A stretch of DNA of 64,000 nucleotides from Octopus sinensis (GCF_006345805.1 NC_042999.1:168764001-168828000); one strand, 5' to 3'. Counted from the first letter of the stretch, positions 13,496 to 25,474 are shown. Notes: generated by a model from the sequence alone, not told the origin. Made by a program: numbers and translations.

Positions 13496-14619
13496 CACTG
13501 ACACGACAGAAGTAAATAGACATCCCATAAAACAGCGTTATATGTTTGTAATGGCTTATATATATACAGGTTCTATATGTGACTATTTAATCATGCCATG
13601 TGCAAAAAAGCCTTGGAACTGTCTTAATTTCAAAGAGGTCTATTGTGGGTCATTCTGAAGGTGGATATAGTCAGCGTAAAATCACAGAAAAACTTGGGAT
13701 CCCGATTTCAACAGTTAATAGAATGATTGTGCAATTCACCAGAGAGGGGAAGGAATCCACATCACCTCACACAGATCAACCAGGGCCCTCTGACAGAGAC
13801 ATTCTCTTTGCTAAGAGAAGTGTGGAGGATAATCCTCGTTGCAAGGCCTCTGACATAGCAGAACAAGTTGATGTCAGTCCCAGAACAGCTCTCAGGCATC
13901 TCCACAAACTTGGTTATTATGGCAAAGCAGCAAGAAAGAAACCACTTATTCGACCAGCTAACATCAAGCGGAGAAAAGATTGGGCCGGTGAGATGGTGGA
14001 GAGACCACTAGCATTTTGGGACACTGTCATATTCTCTGATGATCCAAATTTGCTGTATTTCCTAACAGTGGTCGAGTGTGGGTCTGTGATCAAGAATTTG
14101 ATGTGAAATGATTGCAGGCAGCAATGAAATACGGCAGCTATAATGTGATGGTCTGGAAAGCAATTTGGAGCAATGGTTGATCAGAGCTGCTGGAGTGTGA
14201 GGAAAATATTAACTCAGATAAATATGTGTCCAAATTTCAGAAAGGACTCCTTCCTATCTTTTCCAGTGGTGAAATTATTGAAGAAGACTTTATTTATGGA
14301 AGATGGGGCTCCTTGTCACACGGCTAAAATGACCCAAGAGTTGTTGGATGGGAATGGCATTAAAAATCTTCCATGCTCAAGCCAGTCACCAGTTATGAAT
14401 CCTATTGAACACCCGTGGGACATAATGGACAGGACACTTCATAAAAAGAGTAAGAAGGCATCTTCAAAGCCATATCTTTTGAGATTACTACATGAAACTT
14501 GGCAGGAAATTCCGCAAGAGAATATTCGAAATCTGGTCAGTAACATGCCTAATGTATAATTTCAGATTTAAATAAATTTTAATGATTATAGGGGTGTCTA
14601 TTTACTTCTGTCATGTGTG
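13496..14619 (+). mobile_element. Tc1-family DNA transposon, defective transposase
   Basis: TIRs CACTGACACGACAGAAGTAAATAGACATCCC / GGGTGTCTATTTACTTCTGTCATGTG after TA. HTH region in ORF 13600-14106. Catalytic motifs IFSDD, FMEDGAPCH and SPVMNPIEHPW are split by frameshifts. Confidence 0.93.
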
Positions 14620-14689
14620 CGTGTGTGTGTATGTGTGTCCGCGCGCGTGTATGTGTGTGTATGTCTATATCTAAATATATTATAATAAT

Positions 14690-14990
14690 GGACTCTCCAG
14701 TCGTTAGACGACGTATGACGATTCGATAATTTCTTACCGAACAACTACACATATGATTTGTTTATAGTGTATATGATTTGTTCGTGTAGACATAAGCTCA
14801 CTTAATCCATCACATCGACATTACTTGTACATATGCAACGGGTGCCACATGTCAGATGTCGAAATCATCGTAGAGCAACGTGAAATGAAGTTCTTTGCTC
14901 AAGAACACAACGCAACGCCCGGTCTGGGAATTTAACCCGCGATCTCGCAATTGTGAGTGCAGCACCTTAACCACTAAGCCATGCACCCCA
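14690..14990 (-). mobile_element. tRNA-derived SINE, third family
   Basis: Minus-strand head GCATGGCTTAGTGGTTAAGG...GGGTTAAATTCCC followed by CORE-like GTGTTCTTGAGCAAAG. Adjacent 14995-15140 is the 3' half of the OK/OR-like SINE. Confidence 0.7.
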
Positions 14991-15277
14991 CCTCTTGACA
15001 ACTTGTATTGTTGTGTTTGCTTCCCCGTAAATTAGTGGTTTGGCAAAAGACACCTAATGAATAAGTACCAAGCTTTAAAAGAATAAGTACTGGGATCGAT
15101 TCATTCTACTGAAAATTCTTCAAAGCGTTACTCCAACAGTACAAGAAAATTATGAATATACGTGTGTGTGTGTACATATATATATATTTCGGTGGAAGTT
15201 AGAGGTTGGGAAGCCAACCGACTAAGGGATGGTACCTATCCACTATACTGCTGGTAGAGTGCCCAATTATTAATACC

Positions 15278-15505
15278 TATTTCTTTACTACCCACAAGGG
15301 GCTAAACATAGAAGGGACAAACAAGGACAGACAAACGGATTAAGTCGATTACATCGACCCCAGTGCGAAACTGGTACTTGATTCATCGACCCCGAAAGGA
15401 TGAAAGGCAAAGTCGACCTCGGCGGAATTTGAACTCAGAACGTAACGGCAGTCGAAATACGGATACGCATTTCGTCCGGCGTGCTAACGTTTCTGCCAGC
15501 TCGCC
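15278..15505 (-). mobile_element. tRNA-derived SINE (same family as 2795-3027)
   Basis: Sequence match to 2795-3027. Duplication CCAATTATTAATACC at 15263-15277 and 15504-15518. Confidence 0.9.
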
Positions 15506-15736
15506 AATTATTAATACCAAAGTGCTGGTTATTGCGTGGCAATTTCGCAATCGAGTGTCATATATGGGTGGGGGTAAAAAGTGGTTTACTCTTAATTTAT
15601 ATGGCAAAAAGAAAATGGAGGGGATACAAAAATGACATACATCAGCCGGTAGACATTCTGTTATGTCTATTTATTCCAAATCAAAAGGGAGTTTTATAAG
15701 AATACATCCACATGAAAAGACTGTGTGCTACACAAA

Positions 15737-16121
15737 TCTCTCTCTATATAAACGGCAGTTTGTCTGTGCGTGTTTCTGTGTGTCTGTTTGCTTGTACCCT
15801 CACCCTGACCACGGCTTTCAACCGATTCTGATGAAACTTGACACACACATAGCCCAATGTCATAATTCAAAACTAACGCAGCGAAAATTTTGAAAAGTTC
15901 CCCCAGTTCTGAAAAAAATCGATAAATTCGACATGGGGTCGAGAATCAGGAATACGAACCACAAACTGTCTAGGGGACGCAACTCTACCTTTTTTAAATC
16001 TCAAAAAAAAATTTACCATCATTTTTTTCCATTTTTTTGCTATTTTTTGGCTATAACTCTCTAAAAATGCTTTATAGTTATTTCCCTTACAAACCTGAGC
16101 AACGCCGGGCGATACTGCTAG
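15737..16121 (+). mobile_element. Non-autonomous Helitron-like element
   Basis: A|TC start (TCTCTCTCTATATAAA), GTCT/GTGT microsatellite, TGAAACTTG motif, subterminal hairpin CCTGAGCAACGCCGGG, and CTAG|T end. Confidence 0.8.
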
Positions 16122-16598
16122 TAATACATAAAAGAGTAAAAGATTAAAAGATCAAAATATACACAAATACAAATATTTGTGTATAAATTTAAGTTTAAAA
16201 TATGTATATCAAATACGTATATGTCTAAATATATATATAACTATGTACATGCATCTGTGTATTTTGGTGTATATATGCATATTATAGATGGTCTAGAATG
16301 CGTATATACTGCTGAAAATATTTATGTAATATTGCGTGAAACATTTTAAATTTTAATTTTAATGTATGAATCGACATATATTTCGTATATGATTACCTAC
16401 CATATGTATTTCAAATCTGTCCGAGGTTTTCTTCGATTTTACAATGGGATAAATTTATACTGAATTTATTTTGTTCATTGCATGCTTAAGACCGTTAGTT
16501 GAAAGGACGAATGAAACAAAACCATTTTCAATGTATCCTTTAAACTAGCTTCTTTTTGCTTTTGTTTGATTATATCATCATTTCTGTTCTATTCTAAC

Positions 16599-16643
16599 AA
16601 AACTATCCGTCGAACGGGACGTGAAACTCTGAGTAACAGTTTT
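16599..16643 (+). ncRNA. Degenerate hammerhead motif inside a pLTR-like module (~16380-16745)
   Basis: AAAACTAT-CCGTCGA-ACG GGA CGT-GAAA-CTCTGAG-TA-ACAGTTTT. Stems I-III are recognisable; the core is mutated from CTGANGA. Confidence 0.55.
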
Positions 16644-16971
16644 TGTGATATTTCTGCTGCTTTTAAATAAAGCATATTACTCTACCTCTAATATCTGAGT
16701 ACTCTTTTTCCCACCTTGTTTCACATTTATGTGCTTACTTCGGTATATATATATAAATTAATCAAAGGACATGCTAAGTATGTCCTTTGATTAATTTTAA
16801 CCCTTCAGCTATTTAATGCTGTTCTTGGGCCTGCATTCGCCTATATTATTGATTCTGTTATTATCATTTTTTAAAATAGCCATTCCAGATAATAACAAAA
16901 TTAATAATATCTTAGCAAATAAATTTGTCGAGAATAATTTTTCTCGTGAATTGTTTTCCTTGTATCGAGAG

Positions 16972-17038
<67 letters not shown>

Positions 17039-17039
17039 C

Positions 17040-17106
<67 letters not shown>

Positions 17107-17107
17107 C

Positions 17108-17193
<86 letters not shown>

Positions 17194-17255
17194 TATCAAA
17201 TAGTGCAATACAGTAGTATTGCTTCCCAGTAAAACAAAGCAACATCGTATATATA

Positions 17256-17410
17256 TACGATGGGCTTCTTTCAGTTTCCGCCTACCAAATCCACTCACAA
17301 GGCTTTGGTCTGCCCGAGGCTATAGTAAAAAACACTTTGCGCAAGGTGCCACGCAGTGGCACTGAACCCAGAACCACGTGATTAGGAAGCAACCTTCTTA
17401 CCACACAGCT
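17256..17410 (-). mobile_element. 5' half of OK/OR-like SINE
   Basis: Reverse complement matches 10064-10230. Confidence 0.85.
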
Positions 17411-17800
17411 ACTTATATAAAATTCTTACTAAGGATGCAGTTAAGTGAAAGAAAATACAAGACTGACTAGTTTGGTTGGTATACTGCTTGTGTTAGCATA
17501 ACCAAGTGATGATAATACCGTCATTGACGATCACTTAAGATGGCTTTTAAAAACATTAACGATTATCTATTAGTTGGTCGTTGATTCACTTTTTAATGCT
17601 TTTAATTAATTCTTATTGACAAGATTCAGTGCAACACCCGTTTTCCTCCACTATCTATTGATTCCCGATCAAGTAAGTCTTTTTGTTTTTCCATTTTTCG
17701 CTTTCTGCGTGGGTATTAGGGTTGTTAAATAATTATTGACGACTGACGACATCATGTAGAATGCACGTGCGCTCAAACTATCAGACTACTCTTACATATA

Positions 17801-18218
17801 CAGGGTCAGGCAAAATGATCTGACACATTTGTAGTTTAAATAAAAGGCAAATGAAGTAAAGAAACAAAAAAGTGTTTTTATTTTTGAAAAGTACATATAA
17901 TGCCATTTTGTTTCATTATGTTTTAAAAATTAAATCAGTCAAATGGGATCCATTATTGTCCACACACTGTCGAAGGCGTTCACGAAAGTTGTCAATAACT
18001 CGGCGGGTCATTTCATGTGGAATGGCAGTAATTTCTTGACGAATTGCATCTTTAAGTTGTTCAATAGATCGTGCGATGGGGATTTTGAGGAATATGTTCC
18101 CTGGTCATTTGATCTCATTGCGTGGTGACATCGGTTGGCCCGCCCGTTCACCTGATTTAAATCCGTGCGATTTTTTTCTCTGGGAATACCTCAAGTCAAA
18201 GGTATACATTAATCGCCC
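17801..18218. mobile_element. Rearranged 3' fragment of a Tc1/mariner-superfamily transposon (WPARSPDLNPCDFFLWG type)
   Basis: TA|CAGGGTCAGGCAAAATGATCTGACA terminus. Minus-strand C-terminus RSIEQLKDAIRQEITAIP..RERLRQCVDNNGSHL at ~17930-18073; plus-strand WPARSPDLNPCDFFLWEYLKSKVYINRP at 18076-18218. Confidence 0.85.
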
Positions 18219-18297
18219 TTTTGTTTTCTTATATCAGAGTAATAAGACGTTTCAATAGAACATCTTTACCCCCGGGAATTACCGGGTACACCAGCTA

Positions 18298-18367
<70 letters not shown>

Positions 18368-18368
<1 letters not shown>

Positions 18369-19137
18369 ATCTTTTCCTTTTGAACGGCAGTTTTCAACAC
18401 AATTTCTAGTTAACTAAACAATTTTAAACTTCGTATACTGGTAGAATGTGTCAAAATAAAACATTTTTTTTCTCTTGGCTTTCTCGAGAAAATTGTAATT
18501 TGTAAGTTTAACGTAGTTTAATTTTTCGAATTTTAACCAATCCTATGCCCTCTATTGACCTAAAATCATTTGCTGCGTCTAAAACAGACAACATCCTGTC
18601 ACTAACCCTAACCCTCACCCTAATCCTAACCCTAAATTTTAGCCTTTCGTTTTTTTTTCTTAATTGTTAAATTGATTTAAGGATAACAATTAAGAAGAAA
18701 AACACGAAAGGCTAAAACGAAAGCAATGGAAAATAATTTTAATTTAACAATTAAGAAAAAAAAAATGAAAGGCTAAAACGAAAGCAAAAACTCAAAACAA
18801 AAACAAAACGAATAATTTTAGACACACGCGTAACAATTAAATTAATTTAACAATTAAGAAAAAAAAACGAAAGGCTAAAATTTAGGGTGAGGGTTAGGGT
18901 TAGAGTAAGGGTTAGTGACAAGATGTTGTCTCAGTTTTAGACGCAGCAAATGATTTTAGGTCAATAGATTGGTTAAAATTCGAAAAATTAAACTACGTTA
19001 AACTTACAAATTACAATTTTCTCGAGAAAGCCAAGAGAAAAAAATGTTTTATTTTGACACATTCTACAAGTATACGAAGTTTAAAAGTGTTTAGTTAACT
19101 AGAAATTGTGTTGAAAACTGCCGTTCAAAAGGAAAAG

Positions 19138-19140
<3 letters not shown>
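18368..19140. mobile_element. Foldback/MITE with very long inverted arms, inserted in (TA)n
   Basis: GATCTTTTCCTTTTGAACGGCAGTTTT... at 18368 is the reverse complement of ...AAAACTGCCGTTCAAAAGGAAAAGATC at 19140. Arms are ~300 bp with internal (TAACCC)n/(GGGTTA)n. Confidence 0.9.
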
Positions 19141-19226
<86 letters not shown>

Positions 19227-19377
19227 ATGTATATATATATTATATATATATATATATGCAATATATATATATGTGTATGTATATGTATATACGCGAATAC
19301 GTCAGTCTTGAAAATTTTAAGTCAGATATCCCGTAGGCTTCGATACAGACGCCTCGTGTATATTTGTCTCTCCCAGG

Positions 19378-19478
19378 TCTTTACTGATGAAGTGTAACCT
19401 ATGGTAGATTGGCTTAATTTAATTTAATTAAGCTAATTTAATCATTAATGACACAGAAACGTTGCAACGTCTAAAAGA
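19378..19478 (+). ncRNA. Type I hammerhead ribozyme, copy 1
   Basis: TCTTTA-CTGATGA(19384)-long stem II (GTGT..ACAC base, AGATTGGCTTAAT/ATTAAGCTAATTT apex)-GAAA-CGTTGCAACG-TC-TAAAAGA. Palindromic stem III ACGTTGCAACGT; GUC triplet at 19469-19471. Confidence 0.85.
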
Positions 19479-19850
19479 TGAATTAGGGTAAATGTTTTTA
19501 AATTTTCACCTAATTTCTGAATTAATAATACTTGGCGGTGTGAGTTATGGCTGCTCTTTCTGGTGGACGAGTGACCTGTTGGGGTCACTCCTAAATCGTT
19601 ATATTTATATATTTAGTCGATGACTATTTTCTCTTTTTCACCAGGCCGCTGGTTGCGATAAATTTCTATTGAATTTTTTTGCTACCCTAAATTGACTAAT
19701 TGATAATTTTCTGAATAATTCTGAGATTGAATCGGCAGTATATATTTACTGTTGATAAGTTTGGCGCGAATACGTCAGTCTTGAAAATTTTAAGTCAGAT
19801 ATCCCGTAGGCTTCGATACAGACGCCTCGTGTATATTTGTCTCTCCCAGG

Positions 19851-19951
19851 TCTTTACTGATGAAGTGTAACCTATGGTAGATTGGCTTAATTTAATTTAA
19901 TTAAGCTAATTTAATCATTAATGACACAGAAACGTTGCAACGTCTAAAAGA
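19851..19951 (+). ncRNA. Type I hammerhead ribozyme, copy 2
   Basis: Identical to copy 1. CTGATGA at 19857, GUC at 19942-19944. Confidence 0.85.
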
Positions 19952-20137
19952 TGAATTAGGGTAAATGTTTTTAATTTTCACCTAATTTCTGAATTAATAA
20001 TACTTGGCGGTGTGAGTTATGGCTGCTCTTTCTGGTGGACGAGTGACCTGTTGGGGTCACTCCTAAATCGTTATATATATATATATAATATATTATATAT
20101 ATATATATGCATATATATATATATGTGTATGTATATG

Positions 20138-20164
<27 letters not shown>

Positions 20165-20171
<7 letters not shown>

Positions 20172-20400
20172 CGCGCGCGATTATGTTTGTGCGTCTGTGT
20201 TTGTCCCCCACCATCGCTTGACAACCGATTTTGGTGTGTTTACGTCCCCGTAACTTAGCGGTTCGGCTAAAGAGACCGATAAAATAAGTACTAGGCGTAC
20301 AAAGAATAAGTCCTGAGATCGATTTGTTCCACTAAAGGCGGTAATCCTGCATGGTCGCAGTCAAATGATGAAACAAATAAAAAAAAGAACAAAAGAATAC
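20165..20400 (+). mobile_element. 3' half of OK/OR-like SINE
   Basis: Matches 10270-10480. Confidence 0.85.
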
Positions 20401-20689
20401 ACACACACACACACACACATATACATACATATATATACCCATATCTCTGTGTTCCCCCTTCTAACTCCCCTTCTAAATAAAGGTGTATCCACCTCCTACT
20501 TCCTCAAGCTGTCCATCATCTTGTATACGAGTCTCTGAAAGTGCAGCTGTATCAATGTTATAACGGTTCAGCACGCGAGCATCAATTACAATCACTCAAG
20601 TTATCCAACAGAGGGCGCACATACCAGCATGAAATGTTCAAGTTTCATCCAGATTTTGTAAATAAAATTCTCTTTGTTTTTCGAGCGCA

Positions 20690-22025
20690 GGGTGGGCATC
20701 CGTCAGTCGTGCTAAACTGACAGACAATTTTTGGTTCACCTTTTCTAGAACCTTCCCGGCTTCCTGGTGAGCAGTGCCCTCTCCAAATGGAGCTGCTCAG
20801 ACACCCATGCAGCAACCGAATCCTACCGCTGTCTTGGGCGATAAGGAGACAACTTTATACCTAGCATGGGCCGCCTACGTGCAGGTCGCTGACTACATAC
20901 TTCCAACCCGTCAGGTCTGCATCACCACCTTCCCATCGCCGCAGGACTTCCGAATAAAAAAATATAAAAACATACTAAAAATTTGTAAATATATAAATGG
21001 TGTTGGCTTTACAGTTCGATCTGGTATCCATAGGAAGTTAGAGGACCTTCCTGTTCCTATAAATGAATGTCTAATGACTCTACGGTTGCAACTGAAAGGT
21101 GGGCGGTTTGCTGCTCTAATAAGTGCTTAAATACCTACTTTGACCAGCTGTGATGAAGATAAAACTATTTTTTATACCCAGCTGAGAGCCATACTTAGGA
21201 AAAAAACTCTAATTCTGATAAAGCCATTCTACTGGGGTATTTCGATGCCAGGGTTGGAACAGCCTGGCAAACATGGAACTCTCCAGGACGTTTTGGAGTA
21301 GGGAAAATGAATAGCAATGGTCTCATGCTACTGGAGCTTTGCGATGAACATGGACTTTACATTGCAAGTACTCATTTTATGCACAAAGGTGATCACACGA
21401 CAACGTGGATGCAACCAAGGTCTAAAGTTTGGCACTTGCTGGATTATGTCATCATCCGCAAGTGTGTGACATTTGTAATGTCAAGTCCTTTCATGGATCG
21501 GAATGCTGTCTGACCACAGTCTGGTGCGAGCAATGACAGCAATAAGTAAATTGTATCTTGGTAGGGCACCTGGAAAGGATGGAATTTGTGCTGGGGCCTT
21601 GCGATTTGGTGGTGCTTACATCATACAGTCCCTTCATGAACTTATTAGTGCAGTCTGCAAGGATGCAATTATTCTTCCCCTCTATAAAGGAAAAGGAGCC
21701 AGAACAATGTGTGGTAACTGCAAAGGTATTGCTCTACTATCAGCTGCTGGCAAGGTTCTGGAAAATATTCTTCTTACCTGCCTGAATGGGTGCCTCGTAA
21801 ATGATGTCCTATCTGAATCTCAATGTGGCTTCCGATCTGGTAGAGGGACAATGGATATGATTTTCACAGCAAGACAGATGCAGAAGTGCTATGAGCAGAA
21901 TATGGATCTTGTCCATATACTCATTGATTTAACGAAGGCCTTTGATATAGTTAATAGGGCCTTGCTATGGAAAATACTCAGCAAACTTGGATGTCTGGAT
22001 AACATTGTATCTATAATTAAATCAA
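20690..22025 (+). mobile_element. Internally deleted RTE-clade LINE fragment
   Basis: GVGFTVR, INECLMTLRL, MNSNGLMLLELC, WHLLDYVI, SDHSLVR (endonuclease); APGKDGI, ESQCGFRSGRGTMDMIF, IDLTKAFD (RT N-terminal half). Confidence 0.9.
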
Positions 22026-23750
22026 TTTCTTTTCCTTCCCTCCCGACCCCTCACACCACTTCATCTTTGGACATCAAATCCCTATACACGGTGATTCACC
22101 ATAACGACGATCTCTTAGCCCTCCAATACTTCCACGACCGTCGCCTTGACACCATACCCAGCACATCCACCCTTCTTCCTCTAGCAGAGCACGTCCTCGC
22201 CCTCAACTGCTTTTCGTTCTCTGGGCAAACCTACCAAGAGATGTCTGGGTCGCGATGGGAACGAGAATTGGCCTCAATTTCGCCAACCTATTTGTTGGTT
22301 ACATTGAGGCCCAAGCATTCTCCCAATTCTCCGGGCCAACCCCAAAGCTATACGGTCGCTACATAGACGACAGAATAGGTGCCACCTCCCTCCTCTGTAA
22401 ACGAACTCTGCTACTTCATCTCTTTCCTCTCTAACTTCCACCCTTCTCTCCAATTTACTTCTACCATCTCTTACACCTCGGTTAACTTCACTCAAGCCTC
22501 CGCCTTCTTCAAACCCACAGACTCCCACCTCTACCTCAACTTCTCCTCCCATCCCTTCTACACCAAACGGGCCATCCCCTAGTCCCAGTTCCTCCGTCTC
22601 CGACGCTTGTGCAGCCGAGACCAGGATTTCGAGACCCAGTCCCAGTACCTTGCCCGCCTGTTCATGCATCGAGGATACTCTTCAACCCTTGTCCAAACCG
22701 CCCTTGTCCGCACTCGTCGAATCGATCGCCCCATCGTCCTCTCTCCTTCCTCATATCAATCCCCTAACCGCACCCCTTTCCTCTCTTTTCCAGCCTTCCA
22801 CCCTACCCTTTCGTCGGAGGATCCTACAGGCTTTCCGTCGTCTCCAGCTCGATCCCACCACCCGCCCCATTTTCTTCAACCCACCCTTGTCCTCCTTTAA
22901 ATGCGCCCGGAACCTACGTTATCTACTGGTCCGCAGCACCTTCTCCTCTTCCTCCCCCAGCCCCACCCGGATCTTTCCCGTGCTCCAGATTCCGCTGCCA
23001 CACCTGCCCCTTCATCACCAACACTACCTCCCTCACTGGTTCCAACCAGTACACTCTTCACATCACAAATTCCTTTTCTTGCACCTCTTCTAGCCTCATA
23101 TACTGTATTAGATGCAACCTCTGTGGTAAACTATATGTAGGTCAGACGGGCCAGTTGCTGGCCGACCGGTACACCGAACATCTAAGGGACATTCGGCTAC
23201 GTTCGAACATCTCCGTCGCCCGTCACTTCTTCTTGGCCAACCCCTCCCCTCTAACATATCCGTCTTTGGCCTCGCTCTGCATCACGGATCCACACATGTC
23301 GCGACTCCATGTACATACACATACACTCACACGCACACACGCATACACACGCACACACATGCATACACACAAAATACACACGCACACACATGTACATACA
23401 CATACACTCACACGCACACACATATACACACGCACACACATACACACAGGCATGCGCAAATGAACCCACACACACAGACCTGCGCGCACGCACATACCCA
23501 CACATATCTCCTTCTCTTGCTCTCTCCCGTCTTAGAACCTTTTCTTCACCCATTCTCTTCCGTGTGTATCGTTGGCGATTTTCTCCCTCCGTCTTCCCTT
23601 TCTTCGGACTTTCCTCTATTTCTGAAGAAGAGCTTTGCTTGAAACGTTAAATCCTCTTTCCTTCCTTTCCTGATAATACAGTACTTGTACCACGTCCTCG
23701 CGTTATTGTTTTTTCTTGTTTGTTGTTTGTTTGGATTCACTCTCTCTCTC
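22026..23750 (+). mobile_element. 5'-truncated Penelope-like element (Neptune-like): RT, GIY-YIG, CA microsatellite and pLTR
   Basis: LDIKSLYT, LYGRYIDD, KPTDSHLYLNFSS, CSRFRCHTC zinc finger, YCIRCNLCGKLYVGQT..LADRYTEHLRDI. Followed by (CA)n and a hammerhead-bearing tail. Confidence 0.9.
23618..23652 (+). ncRNA. Minimal type I hammerhead ribozyme in Penelope pLTR
   Basis: ATTT-CTGAAGA-AGAGC TTT GCTT-GAAA-CG-TT-AAAT. Stem I ATTT/AAAT; palindromic stem III AACGTT. Confidence 0.75.
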
Positions 23751-23897
<147 letters not shown>

Positions 23898-24186
23898 ATA
23901 ATATATATATATACTAACAATATAGGATGAGGTCCCTTCCTCTACAGAAAAGGATCCATCAAAAAGCGTGGCAGTATATTAAAAAAACCTTTACGGTTGA
24001 AGTATAAACATCTTGGGGACCGGTAACCATTACAATATGTAGCGGCGAGAGGTCAACACGTTGTTCTGAGACTGACCAAGGAATTTTTATTTTTAGATAT
24101 AAATGATGTACTTAAATGTAGTTGTGTTTTTAGCTTCTGCTTTTCCATGATCACATGTGAGTATTCTATTTATGTTCCCTCGTAAG

Positions 24187-24247
24187 CTCTACTGAAGAAG
24201 AATGTATCCTTTATAGGGATTAATTCCGAAATTGATTCAATATAAAG
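24187..24247 (+). ncRNA. Type I hammerhead motif in a ~460-bp module (23915-24377) within (TA)n
   Basis: CTCTA-CTGAAGA(24192)-AGAAT..ATCCT TTAT AGGGAT..ATTCC-GAAA-TTGATTCAA-TA-TAAAG. Near-palindromic stem III; AUA triplet. Confidence 0.65.
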
Positions 24248-24389
24248 ATAACGAAATTTAAATTTTCTAAAGGTTAGTTGCCCGCTTTCAGTTCAATTTT
24301 CCTGTAACAAGTGGATTATAAGTGGATAAATCAGTGTATTGGCTATAGAATAACCTTCTTTAGCCCTTAATTATAAGATGTATATATAT

Positions 24390-24448
<59 letters not shown>

Positions 24449-24509
24449 TATATATATATATACATACATATGTATATACGTATATATATATATATATATA
24501 TATACATAT

Positions 24510-25213
24510 TTGCCATTGAGAGGTTTTTCTTGCCATTTAACAGTTAGAATTTCTAAGTCAGCAGTTTTTAGCACGGGTTTTCATGCGCTTAGATTTTTCT
24601 GCGTTTGTTTCTCGTATGTCTAATTCCGGAATTTGTTGTATTTGGAATTCACTTAGATATTCCTTTGCCTGTTTTGTTACTGAGTATGATGCTTTCTTGT
24701 TTTCATGTTTTGAGACAAGTTTTAACATCCAGTCCTCAGAGTTTTTCAGGTAGGTGTCTAGGCCAATTGTAGCAATCATCATTGTTAATGCCAGTTGTAA
24801 AAGTCCACGGTCTCCCTCTTTTCTTGGCAGATAAAGTCGTTCTGTATCTGCCTTAGGGTGGTGCATTCTATGCATTGTTAACAGTTTTCGTATTTTTCTG
24901 TCAAGATTACATATTTCAGTAATTGACCAATTAACGATATTGAAACTGTAAGTCACGACTGGCATGGCTAAAGCATTTATCGCTTCGACCCTGTTTTTCG
25001 CATTCAGCTCTGTCTTAAGTATTGCTCTTACTCTGCGATAACATTCTCTCCTGATCCTTTCCTTCATCACTGAACGCCTTATTCCCTTCCCTTCAATTAT
25101 CCCTAGGTACTTGTAGCTCTCCGCTGGGTCTAATTCTTTTATGACATTCTGCTGGTCAAGGTTAACGTTAGATGTTTCTGTCATTTTTTCTTTGATAAAG
25201 GTAGCTTTTGCAC

Positions 25214-25215
<2 letters not shown>
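24510..25215 (-). mobile_element. R4/Dong-type non-LTR retrotransposon fragment (end of RT)
   Basis: SYKYLGI..ELNAKNRVEAINALAMPVVTYSF..HHPKADTERLYLPRKEGDRGL. Abuts a (TAA)n tract; homologous to 41030-44340. Confidence 0.9.
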
Positions 25216-25279
<64 letters not shown>

Positions 25280-25474
25280 TTAGTGTCCTTTGTCTAAGCT
25301 CTTTCGTCACGTCTCCTGTAACCTCTTCGACGACTCTTTATACCACGTGTCTCCTCTTGTTCTTCTTAATCCATTCTTGATGGATTAAACAGGACAAGAG
25401 GAGACAAGTGGGATAAAGGGTTGCTGAAGAGTTTACAGGATGTGTGACGGAAGAGTTTAGACAAAGGACACTAA
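25280..25474. repeat. ~195-bp imperfect palindrome between (TTA)n and (TAA)n
   Basis: TTAGTGTCCTTTGTCTAA...TTAATCCAT-tcttg-ATGGATTAA...TTAGACAAAGGACACTAA. Confidence 0.9.

Larger units (their letters stand above)
19292..20076 (+). mobile_element. Tandem hammerhead-bearing unit (retrozyme-like / non-autonomous Penelope-like)
   Basis: ~312-bp direct repeats at 19292-19604 and 19765-20076 (period 473), separated by 160 bp, flanked by TA microsatellite, no ORF. Confidence 0.8.

Noticed and set aside
18603-18915. Telomere fusion site (head-to-head TAACCC/GGGTTA)
   Set aside because: Only about five imperfect units per side, embedded within the arms of a foldback element.
19292-20076. CRISPR-like or LTR-retrotransposon (TRIM) interpretation of the direct repeats
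   Set aside because: No short repeat-spacer periodicity, and no TG..CA termini, PBS or PPT. The hammerheads point to a pLTR/retrozyme origin.
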